Part shown: piece by piece, positions 40,027 through 48,595 of the stretch
Position numbering within the stretch: position 1 is the first letter of the stretch
How the letters are laid out: each line of letters opens with the position of its first letter
Source of the DNA: Oligoflexia bacterium
GTDB taxonomy: Bacteria; Bdellovibrionota; UBA1018; CAIPTA01
Length of the DNA: 64,000 nt
Direction: 5' to 3'
Assembly (NCBI GenBank): GCA_023954355.1
Contig: JAMLID010000003.1
Span: 21,270 to 85,269, forward strand
Program-made: the position numbers and the translations under genes
The notes under the pieces: model-generated
Databases searched by the model: none
What the model was told of the DNA's origin: nothing
Seen by the model: only the letters and a program-made list of their open reading frames with translations

Positions 40027-40935
40027 GTGAACATGAAGTTTCAAAAAACGATCAAAAGCTCCGTATCTATAAGCGGAATTGGGCTGCATAGCGGAAAGCG
40101 TGTATCACTCACCCTTTCACCCGCTCGCTCTAATAGTGGGATCCGTTTTCAAAGACTAGACTCTAACCCTTCTGTATCTATAGAAGCCTTAGTGAAAAAC
40201 GTTCACTCTACAAACTTAGCAACCACGATAGCAAAAGACGGTGTCTCTGTATCAACCATTGAACATCTTATGAGCGCTCTTTGGTCTATGGGTATAGATA
40301 ATATCCTTTGCCAAGTAGACGGCAGTGAGCTTCCTATCTTAGACGGTAGTGCCCTTCCCTTTGTTCAGTTAATAAAAAAAGCTGGGATTAAAACACAAAG
40401 AAGCTTAAAAAAAGTTTTAGTTGTTAAAAAAGAAATCGAAGTAAAGCATGGTGATAAGTGGGCGGTACTAAAGCCCGCAAACGACTTTAAAATTCGCTAC
40501 ACTATCGACTTTCCTCACCCTGTAATTGGAAAACAAACATTTGAATATTCTCAAGCTACAGATTTTGTAAAAGAAATCGCACCCTGCCGCACTTTTGGCT
40601 TTTTAAAAGATGTTGAAAAAATGCAAGCCATGGGTCTAGCCTTAGGTGGGTCCCTTCAAAATGCTGTTGTTCTTGATGATGTAAAGGCCCTAAATGAAGA
40701 AGGGTTACGCTTCTCTAACGAATTCGTTCGGCATAAAATACTAGATGCTATAGGCGACTTTTCTTTAGTTGGCTATTCAATCTTAGGCTCTGTAGAGTTA
40801 AACCGTGCGGGGCACGAACTACAAACAAAGCTCATACATGAGCTTCTTTCTCAAAAAGGCGCGTATGTGATTGTTGCCCCTGAAGAGTCAGAGCAAGAGC
40901 AAAGTATCGAACTTACAGAAGCGGCATACGCTTAA
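40027..40935 (+). CDS. lpxC: UDP-3-O-acyl-N-acetylglucosamine deacetylase
   Basis: GIGLHSG, TIEHLMSAL, PILDGSA, RTFGF, HKILDAIGD; start GTG 40027 or ATG 40033. Confidence 0.97.
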   Translation: MNMKFQKTIKSSVSISGIGLHSGKRVSLTLSPARSNSGIRFQRLDSNPSVSIEALVKNVHSTNLATTIAKDGVSVSTIEHLMSALWSMGIDNILCQVDGSELPILDGSALPFVQLIKKAGIKTQRSLKKVLVVKKEIEVKHGDKWAVLKPANDFKIRYTIDFPHPVIGKQTFEYSQATDFVKEIAPCRTFGFLKDVEKMQAMGLALGGSLQNAVVLDDVKALNEEGLRFSNEFVRHKILDAIGDFSLVGYSILGSVELNRAGHELQTKLIHELLSQKGAYVIVAPEESEQEQSIELTEAAYA

Positions 40936-40943
40936 CCTTATTT

Positions 40944-41885
40944 TCAGATTTTATTATTGTGAAATTCCCTAGCAAGCAAAAGATCTTTTTTAATTTGCTC
41001 TAATAGATCATTCACCGAAGCAAATTTCTTTTCTTCGCGGTGAAATTTATAAAATTTAACCGTAATCTCATCCCCATAAATCTGCTCTTTAAAGTCAAAA
41101 ATATGTGTCTCTACTTTTAGGGGTGCGGCTCGATCTTCAGAAAGAAAGGTCGGATTTATACCGACATTCGTAATACTCGGTAGCTCTTTTCCGTCCCACA
41201 AAACTTTGGTGAAATATACACCCAGCGCAGGATACTTTCTTTCTTCAATCAGCAAGTTCGCCGTGGGAATTCCTATCCCGGTTCCCCTACCCTCACCTCG
41301 CCAAACAAACCCTTTTAAAGACATTTCTCTTCCAAGTAAACGATTCACAGACTGCATGCTGCCTTCGCTCAAATACTTTCGAATAAGAGAACTCGATACA
41401 ATTTCTCCCTCTATTTTTAACGGTGGAACAACCTCTAGATCGAGCCCTCTTGTATCAGCTAGCTTCTTCATCACATCAAGAGAACCAGAGCGTTCTTTTC
41501 CAAACGCAAAATCATATCCAAGAATTAACGATTTAGCCCCCAAGCCCGCGATTAAGTACTTATCGATAAAGTCTTCTGGGCTAATATTGCTAAACTCGCG
41601 GCTAAATGGCTCTTCTACTACAGTTTGAATTCCCGCAGCTTGAATCAACTCAATCTTCTCATCGTAAGTAGTTAGCAAAAAAGGCTCAGCCGATGGCCGC
41701 AAAACAAAATTTGGATGTGGTCGAAATGTAACCGCAACTGACCCTGCAGATGTTCTTTGTGCTTTTTGAACAATTTTAGAGAAAACCTCTTGATGCCCTA
41801 AGTGCACGCCATCGAAATTTCCAATGGTAACAACTGAATTTTTAGGTCGATTTTCTAGTTTTCCTATACCCTTGTAAACCTTCAT
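40944..41885 (-). CDS. ribF: Bifunctional riboflavin kinase/FAD synthetase
   Basis: GNFDGVHLGHQ, GYDFAFG, VSSSLIR, GIPTAN, ETHIFDF. Confidence 0.96.
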   Translation of the reverse strand: MKVYKGIGKLENRPKNSVVTIGNFDGVHLGHQEVFSKIVQKAQRTSAGSVAVTFRPHPNFVLRPSAEPFLLTTYDEKIELIQAAGIQTVVEEPFSREFSNISPEDFIDKYLIAGLGAKSLILGYDFAFGKERSGSLDVMKKLADTRGLDLEVVPPLKIEGEIVSSSLIRKYLSEGSMQSVNRLLGREMSLKGFVWRGEGRGTGIGIPTANLLIEERKYPALGVYFTKVLWDGKELPSITNVGINPTFLSEDRAAPLKVETHIFDFKEQIYGDEITVKFYKFHREEKKFASVNDLLEQIKKDLLLAREFHNNKI

Positions 41886-41907
41886 CTAACGTGGGATACC
41901 ACAAATA

Positions 41908-43743
41908 ATGCTAACTAGAAAAGTAGTTCTACGAGCCATTTTGTGTACTGTACTAGGTTTGTTGCCACTTCCTGATTTAGAGACCTCGTTTTACGACTGG
42001 AAGCTGCGCTTTACCTCTTCGTTTTTCACAAAACCGGTCTCTGATTTAGTAATTTTAGAAGTATCTAGAGATGACTTTGATTTACTTAAATCCCAAGCGA
42101 TTCAAAACCAAGCTTTACCAAGCGAAAACTCTATTTGGAGAGCCAAATACGAGAATTTGAGAGCACAGTTTTTATGGGATGATGGAGCCTATAAGTATCT
42201 TTTAGAAAAGCTTTTATCTTTTCAACCTAATCGCATTCTTATCACCTTCTTTTTTGGTGAAAACCTAGTCGTACTTAAAGACAATCCGCATTTACAGAAA
42301 TTAGTACGAGACAAACGAATCATTTGGTCCAGCCAATTTGATATAGATCAAAAACTACTAAAACCTGCACCAGAGCTCACAGGAACAGAGAATTATGGAT
42401 TTTCAAATTTTCATCCTGACCCAGATGGCATTATCCGTTCTGCCTACTTAGTCTATAGAAATCATATTTCAATAGCCTATCGTAGTTTATTTGATAATCC
42501 GCAAGTTACTGATTGGCGTGTTCCGCTTGGGAGTAAAACCTCTATTTTTTTTAATGGCCCTGCAGGAACCTATCGATCTTGCAGTCTAAGAGAACTACTC
42601 ATAGATCAATGTGGAGACTTAAATAAAAAAACAATTATTGTTTCTCCCACTAGTAAAATTGTTGCGGGTGCTAGCCTATACCAAAGTCCTTTGGGCTATT
42701 TAAGTCGAGGTGAAATTTTAGCGAATATTATCGATACTGTTCGCTACAATGCTAATTTAGTGACAATTGCTCGCCCTTATTTTGTGCCTCTCATATTTTT
42801 CTATGCACTTTTTTTGTCGATTTTATTTTCTTCACGAAAATTTTCTAGAAAGATGATAGGTGCCGTAGCCAGTCTTTTGCTGATTACTGTCAGCTCTATT
42901 CTTCTCTTTGCATACAGTAAACTTCAACTTCCTCTTGTGCCTATTTACTTAACTTTTATTTCAAGTGTTGTTCTCTATTTTTGGGTTTATTATAACCTTG
43001 AAGAATCCAAACGATGGAAAGCTGAAAAACAGACTCAATATTTGCAAGAAATTGACGAATTAAAATCAAACTTCATGTCACTCATGAGTCATGATCTCAA
43101 AACACCAATAGCGAAAGTTCAGGCTCTCACTGAAAGATTAAAACGTTATCCAGAGCTGAGGTCAGAGCAAAGAGAAATCGTTGAATCAATTGAAAAAAGT
43201 AATAATGAACTTAGCGAATACATTTTAAGTATTTTAAATTTTCAACGCATCGAGAACCAAGAGCTACGCCTTCATAAAAAAAGCCACGACATAAATGTTC
43301 TTATCGAAGAAGTAGTTAAGAGGCTACAACCTTTAGCAGAAGAAAAGTCGATTTCTATTGAACTTGATCTTGAGCCCATGTTTTCACTAGAATTCGATGA
43401 ACAATTGATTCGTCAGGTACTTAACAATCTTATAGACAACTCTATTAAATATAATGAAAAAGGTATTTCCGTTATTATTCGCTCTAGAGACTTAGAATCT
43501 AAAATTCAAGTTTCCATAGAAGACAATGGTGTAGGAATTGAGCCTGAGCAACTGCCTCATCTTTTTCAAAAATTTTCTCGCAAAGAAAAAACAACTTCTG
43601 AACGAGTAAAGGGAACAGGTCTAGGTCTTTATTTAGCGAAATACTTTATCGAACTACATGGGGGCGAAATTTCTGCCCAATCTACACCTGGTGAGAAAAC
43701 TCTCTTTTCGTTTACGATTCCTATATCAGAAGAGCAAAGCTAG
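41908..43743 (+). CDS. Sensor histidine kinase with CHASE2-like periplasmic domain
   Basis: DPDGIIR, three TMs, SHDLKTP H-box, NLIDNSIKY, DNGVGI, GTGLGL. Confidence 0.9.
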   Translation: MLTRKVVLRAILCTVLGLLPLPDLETSFYDWKLRFTSSFFTKPVSDLVILEVSRDDFDLLKSQAIQNQALPSENSIWRAKYENLRAQFLWDDGAYKYLLEKLLSFQPNRILITFFFGENLVVLKDNPHLQKLVRDKRIIWSSQFDIDQKLLKPAPELTGTENYGFSNFHPDPDGIIRSAYLVYRNHISIAYRSLFDNPQVTDWRVPLGSKTSIFFNGPAGTYRSCSLRELLIDQCGDLNKKTIIVSPTSKIVAGASLYQSPLGYLSRGEILANIIDTVRYNANLVTIARPYFVPLIFFYALFLSILFSSRKFSRKMIGAVASLLLITVSSILLFAYSKLQLPLVPIYLTFISSVVLYFWVYYNLEESKRWKAEKQTQYLQEIDELKSNFMSLMSHDLKTPIAKVQALTERLKRYPELRSEQREIVESIEKSNNELSEYILSILNFQRIENQELRLHKKSHDINVLIEEVVKRLQPLAEEKSISIELDLEPMFSLEFDEQLIRQVLNNLIDNSIKYNEKGISVIIRSRDLESKIQVSIEDNGVGIEPEQLPHLFQKFSRKEKTTSERVKGTGLGLYLAKYFIELHGGEISAQSTPGEKTLFSFTIPISEEQS

Positions 43744-43827
43744 GCTTTAGAACCAAACCGTAGTTTAAATAATTGATAACTACCTAAATTTATGGATATT
43801 TTCAAATAATGCGATGCAATATATAAA

Positions 43828-43856
43828 TTGACTTTTTCTACTTAGTTTTCTATAAG
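43828..43856 (+). promoter_or_regulatory. Sigma70-type promoter of the response regulator
   Basis: TTGACT-17 nt-TATAAG ending 11 nt before ATG 43868. Confidence 0.65.
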
Positions 43857-43867
43857 ATAGCTCTACT

Positions 43868-45349
43868 ATGGAAAAAACTGAGCCAAAGATCTTAATTGCC
43901 GATGACGAAAAAGATTTAAGAGAAAGTATTTCTGCGGCCCTTGAACATATGGGCTTTTCAACTGCTATTGCAGCCGATGGCCAAGAGGCTATTGATAAAG
44001 TTAAAGAAGGTGATTTCTCTATCGCAATTCTAGATGTGAATATGCCTCGCGTGGATGGATTAAATGCGCTTAAGGCAATTAAAGAAATCGACCCGTCTAT
44101 TCTGGTTCTCATGATTACAGCACATGGAAATGTAAGCGATGCTGTGAACGCACTTAAAGAAGGTGCCTACAACTATATTGAAAAGCCTGTTAAGGAATCT
44201 CACTTAAAAGAACTCGTTCAGAGAGCAAGTCAGACTCACCAAGCAGTTGTTGACGTTTCGTTTTCTTCTCCTACATTGACATTAGAAAATGGGAAAGAAT
44301 TTGTTGGCAACTCTCGACAAATGAAAAGCGTTTTCTTATTGATTCAACGCCTAGCAAACGTAGCTACCTCTGTATTAATTCGTGGAGAAAATGGAACTGG
44401 TAAAGAACTAGTAGCCTCTGCCATTCACCATTATGGGCCACGTAAAGATAAACGATTTGTAGCTGTAAATTGTGGCGCTATTCCTGAAAATCTTATGGAG
44501 AGTGAGCTCTTTGGTCATGAAAAAGGAGCCTTTACGGGTGCGCAATCTAGGCATATTGGAAAGTTTCAATATGCCGAAGGCGGAACTCTTTTTTTAGATG
44601 AAGTTGGCGAGCTTTCACAGAGCATGCAAGTGAAGTTACTTCGTGTATTGCAAGAAAGAACATTTAGTCCCATAGGCTCTAATAGAGAAATCAAATGTGA
44701 TGTAAGAATTATCGCAGCCACGAATAGAGACTTAGAGGCTATGATTGCAAAAGGAACTTTTCGTCAAGATCTTTATTATCGCTTAAATGTAATGCCCATC
44801 TTCTTGCCTCCTCTAAGAGATCGAAAAGAAGATATTGCTATTTTAGCTACGAACTTTATTCGCAAATTTAACAAATTACATAATCGTTCTATTCAAGGCA
44901 TTTCAGATTCAGCCTTAAGCCGCTTACGCTCTTATGAATGGCCAGGCAATATTCGAGAATTAGAAAATGCTATTGAAAGCTCTTTTGTATTAGAGCTAGG
45001 TGATAAGATTCAACTTCAATCACTGCCTTCTTCGGTCAGTGGTATTGAGTACGATTCCCCTCTTGGCGCTATGGACTCAACAGAAGAAAATCTGACGTCA
45101 GACGAGCTTGGAAGCGATTTAAATGTGGCGGGAATCGACTTTCAGATTGAGAAAGAAGAGTTCGAAAGACAGTTTATTATAAATGCGCTTAAGCGTTTTA
45201 ATGGAAAAATCAATCAAACCGTTGCTCATGCAAATATTCCAAAAAACACCCTTTTAAGAAAAATTAAAAAATATGATATTAAGCCCTCTGAGTATGGTCG
45301 ATCTGATGCTGATCAGGACGATGAAATGATTCCCGACGAGACTCTTTAA
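43868..45349 (+). CDS. NtrC-family sigma54-dependent response regulator
   Basis: Receiver (ADDE, LDVNMP), GENGTGKE, GAFTGA, FLDEVGE, WPGNIRELEN, Fis-type HTH. Confidence 0.95.
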   Translation: MEKTEPKILIADDEKDLRESISAALEHMGFSTAIAADGQEAIDKVKEGDFSIAILDVNMPRVDGLNALKAIKEIDPSILVLMITAHGNVSDAVNALKEGAYNYIEKPVKESHLKELVQRASQTHQAVVDVSFSSPTLTLENGKEFVGNSRQMKSVFLLIQRLANVATSVLIRGENGTGKELVASAIHHYGPRKDKRFVAVNCGAIPENLMESELFGHEKGAFTGAQSRHIGKFQYAEGGTLFLDEVGELSQSMQVKLLRVLQERTFSPIGSNREIKCDVRIIAATNRDLEAMIAKGTFRQDLYYRLNVMPIFLPPLRDRKEDIAILATNFIRKFNKLHNRSIQGISDSALSRLRSYEWPGNIRELENAIESSFVLELGDKIQLQSLPSSVSGIEYDSPLGAMDSTEENLTSDELGSDLNVAGIDFQIEKEEFERQFIINALKRFNGKINQTVAHANIPKNTLLRKIKKYDIKPSEYGRSDADQDDEMIPDETL

Positions 45350-45356
45350 TACCCAT

Positions 45357-45882
45357 ATTTTATCAATGCCGACTTTACCTTGAGAAAACAAGAAATGCTC
45401 CAAAAGAGTAAGGCGACTAGTGAAGCGTGCATCTAGCACGCTGGAACGAGCGACGAGAAGTGAACGCAGCTATTTGTTTCGATTATAAACATGGAGGGTT
45501 TGTAAAATTGCTCTAGATCGCGGCGACGAACTAATCTTTACCGTGAGCCGTCCTAGTGGACGGCGGAACGGAAAGTTAGTTCGCCAACAAAGAGCTAGAC
45601 AATTTTACGAAGCCGACTTTAAGTCTGGAGGCATTGAGAAATTAGGCTATAGCAAGGAAGTTATCGATGGACAAACGTGAAGCGCCCTAGTGGGCGCTGG
45701 AACGGAGTCCGAGATAACTAACGAAGAAAGAGTCAATTTATCGATGCAGACTGTATAGGGAGAAGGTAAGAAATGGCTCAAGAGCAAGGCGACGAACGAG
45801 GAGAGTCGTGAAGCGTGCATCTAGCACGCTGGAACGAGCGACGAGAAGTGAACGCAGCTATTGAACATTTATTGCCTTCTCT
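45357..45882. repeat. Array of four long palindromic repeat units (~130-bp period) plus a remnant arm
   Basis: Exact 55-bp direct repeat at 45420-45474 and 45808-45862; shared GT-GA-[7-bp hairpin]-GGA-ACG core in all four units. Confidence 0.85.
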
Positions 45883-48094
45883 AAAAGCAGAAGAGCATTT
45901 CGCGGTATTTGGGTAGAGGCCAATACCCATTACCCACCATCACTTCGATTTTATCGCAAGCATCTCGTAGTTCTAACATTGCTGGTAAAACTTTTTTAGC
46001 CTGTGCTTCTGCTTTTTTGTATTCGCTATCTAAGGTATTTGCGGCAACTTGTAATTCTTCGAAGGATTTTCTCTTTTTTGCGATATCACTATAAGCATCG
46101 AGAATTTTTTTAATTAATTGCTCTGTCGGACTTTTTTCAAACCCTGCTTCTCTCTGGCGAATCAATGCTTCTGATAAATCAGAAATATATGAATTTACTG
46201 CTGGCGTAATATAGGTATCTACAAGAGTTTTCATTACTTCTGTCTCAATATCTACTTTTTTCACATATCGCTCTAACTGAACATGGTGACGGCTAGCCAA
46301 TTCTTCTTCTGTTAGGATTTTTAACTTAGTAAACAAATTTTTTGTAGACGCTAAAGTAAAAGCATCTAACGCTTCAGGAGTATCGCGATAGTGGGTAAGA
46401 CCTCTTCTTTCAGCTTCAACAATCCATTCTGCACTATAACCATTACCCTCAAAGCGAATTTGAGAATGTTTTTGCACAACTTCACGAATCACTTCCATAG
46501 CAGCAAGAGACATTTCTTTACCAGATTTCATTTTCTGAGAAATCTCTGCTGTAATTTCTGCCATCGACTCAGCAACTGCTGCATTCAAGCAAGTAATAGG
46601 CAATGAACAGCTTGCTGACGAACCTACTGCTCGGAATTCAAATTTATTTCCGGTAAATGCAAATGGAGATGTTCTATTTCTATCAGTATTATCTTTGGTA
46701 AGTAAAGGAAGCTTTGAAACACCTAAATTAATCATAGCTCTTTCTGCGTTCTCAATCGCTTCACCACTCTTAATTTTATCCATAATCATATTGAGCTGAT
46801 CACCTAAGAAAATACTCATAATAGCTGGGGGGGCTTCATTTGCCCCTAATCGGTGATCATTACCTACGCTAGCAATTGAAGCCCTTAATAAACCGTTGTG
46901 ACTATGCACTCCTTTTAAAATAGAAGCCAAGATCACCAAGAAGCGTAAATTTTCATGTGGCGTTGCTCCTGGCTCTAAGAGGTTTTCTCCTGAATCAGTA
47001 CTCATAGACCAGTTGTTGTGTTTTCCTGAACCGTTGATTCCTGCAAAAGGTTTTTCGTGAAGCACAAGCACAAACTCATGTCTTCTTGCTACTTTTGTTA
47101 GCATTTCCATAATCAAATGGTTGTGATCAACAGATACGTTAGCGTCTTCGAAAATAGGAGCAATTTCAAATTGCGCTGGTGCCACTTCATTATGTCGAGT
47201 TTTTGCTGGCACTCCCAATCGATATAACTCAAATTCTACTTCTTGCATGAAAGCCGTTACACGTGAAGGAATCGAGCCAAAGTAGTGATCCTCTAATTCT
47301 TGACCCTTTGGTGGCCTTGCGCCTTGCAAAGTTCTACCCGCCAAAATTAAATCAGGACGTAACCCAAAATACGTTCTATCAATTAAAAAGTATTCTTGTT
47401 CAACACCAAGAGTAGCTGTCACTCTTTTTACATCTTTAGAACCTAAAAGCTTTAATAATTCGCAAGCATTTGTTGAAAGTGCTTCGATAGATCGCAAAAG
47501 CGGTGTTTTCTCATCTAGTGCATGACCATGATAACTTACAAAGGCTGAGGGAATACATAATGTACGGCCATTCGTTGATGTCATCATAAACATGGGGCTT
47601 GTAGGATCCCAAGCGGTATATCCTCTTGCTTCGAAAGTTGTACGAATTCCACCTGATGGAAAACTAGATGCGTCTGGCTCAGATTGAATTAACTGAGAAC
47701 CAGAAAATTTTTCTATGGTGCTACCATCGTCATTAAAAGAAATAAAAGCATCATGTTTTTCTGCAGTCGTACCCGTCATAGGTTGAAACCAATGGCAAAA
47801 ATGCGTGATTCCCATTTCCATTGCCCAGTTACGAACGGCCTTTGCAATTTTATCTGCTAAATCTTTTTCTAAGGGTTTTCCTAAAGAAGTAAGTTCGATA
47901 AATTTTTCATAATCCGCCTTTGAAATCGCTGATTTAATCTCTTTTACACCAAACGTATACTGTCCAAAATAATCAGACACAGAAAGTGATCGACCTAAAT
48001 CATCTTTCGGTACATCGAACTTTCTTGGTTGGCGGCTAATGGCTTTTTCTATGGCGGCGAATCTTGCTTGGGTCTCGACTGTTTGATTAGGCAT
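45881..48094 (-). CDS. Glutamine synthetase type III
   Basis: HWFQPMTGTTAEKHD, EPDASSFPSGG, RHNEVAPAQ, HEKPFAGINGSGKHNNWS, DRNRTSPFAFTGNKFEFR; 737 aa. Confidence 0.96.
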   Translation of the reverse strand: MPNQTVETQARFAAIEKAISRQPRKFDVPKDDLGRSLSVSDYFGQYTFGVKEIKSAISKADYEKFIELTSLGKPLEKDLADKIAKAVRNWAMEMGITHFCHWFQPMTGTTAEKHDAFISFNDDGSTIEKFSGSQLIQSEPDASSFPSGGIRTTFEARGYTAWDPTSPMFMMTSTNGRTLCIPSAFVSYHGHALDEKTPLLRSIEALSTNACELLKLLGSKDVKRVTATLGVEQEYFLIDRTYFGLRPDLILAGRTLQGARPPKGQELEDHYFGSIPSRVTAFMQEVEFELYRLGVPAKTRHNEVAPAQFEIAPIFEDANVSVDHNHLIMEMLTKVARRHEFVLVLHEKPFAGINGSGKHNNWSMSTDSGENLLEPGATPHENLRFLVILASILKGVHSHNGLLRASIASVGNDHRLGANEAPPAIMSIFLGDQLNMIMDKIKSGEAIENAERAMINLGVSKLPLLTKDNTDRNRTSPFAFTGNKFEFRAVGSSASCSLPITCLNAAVAESMAEITAEISQKMKSGKEMSLAAMEVIREVVQKHSQIRFEGNGYSAEWIVEAERRGLTHYRDTPEALDAFTLASTKNLFTKLKILTEEELASRHHVQLERYVKKVDIETEVMKTLVDTYITPAVNSYISDLSEALIRQREAGFEKSPTEQLIKKILDAYSDIAKKRKSFEELQVAANTLDSEYKKAEAQAKKVLPAMLELRDACDKIEVMVGNGYWPLPKYREMLFCF

Positions 48095-48164
48095 GGCATC
48101 TCCTTTTTTACTTCCCTGCTGAAGATACCATTTATTTTTAAAAGGTGTTAGCCGGCAAACCTAT

Positions 48165-48503
48165 CTAAGGAAATTTTTTATGCGGAAGTCCCGCAGCTAC
48201 CCACTCAGAAAAACCGCCTACATTTTCTGTATCGTAGCCTTCCATTTTTAAGAACTCAGCCACACGGCCTGAGCGATTACCTGACCTACAGTAAAGAAAA
48301 ATTCGAATGTTTTTAGGATGCGCTGCTTTGAACTTCTCCCAACAACTATTCGACTCACAAAGTTGAGACATGGGTAAAAATTGAGCCCCTTCCACAATTC
48401 CCGACTCGATCACTTCTTCTTCTTCTCGGACATCAATTAAAACAGCATTTTTTGCTAAAACTTCTTTATAGGCTTCTTTTAGATCCAAGACACGTCCTCC
48501 CAT
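48165..48503 (-). CDS. Rhodanese-like domain protein
   Basis: LIDVRE, YCRSGNRS, GGFSEW..AGLP. Confidence 0.9.
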   Translation of the reverse strand: MGGRVLDLKEAYKEVLAKNAVLIDVREEEEVIESGIVEGAQFLPMSQLCESNSCWEKFKAAHPKNIRIFLYCRSGNRSGRVAEFLKMEGYDTENVGGFSEWVAAGLPHKKFP

Positions 48504-48565
48504 AGCAGATATTACATATCTTATATAAGATTCAGCGAATCAAAAAACTTAAAAGAATATGATCG

Positions 48566-48591
48566 AAGGCCTTCTCTCTAGAAAAGGCCCT
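48566..48591 (-). terminator. Hairpin immediately after the gltG stop
   Basis: GGCCTTTTCT/AGAGAAGGCC inverted repeat; weak U-tract. Confidence 0.45.
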
Positions 48592-48595
48592 ATTT

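Noticed and set aside
45357-45882. CRISPR array or integron attC array
   Set aside because: Units are ~130-bp self-complementary hairpins without unique spacers or cassette ORFs; no cas or integrase gene in the window
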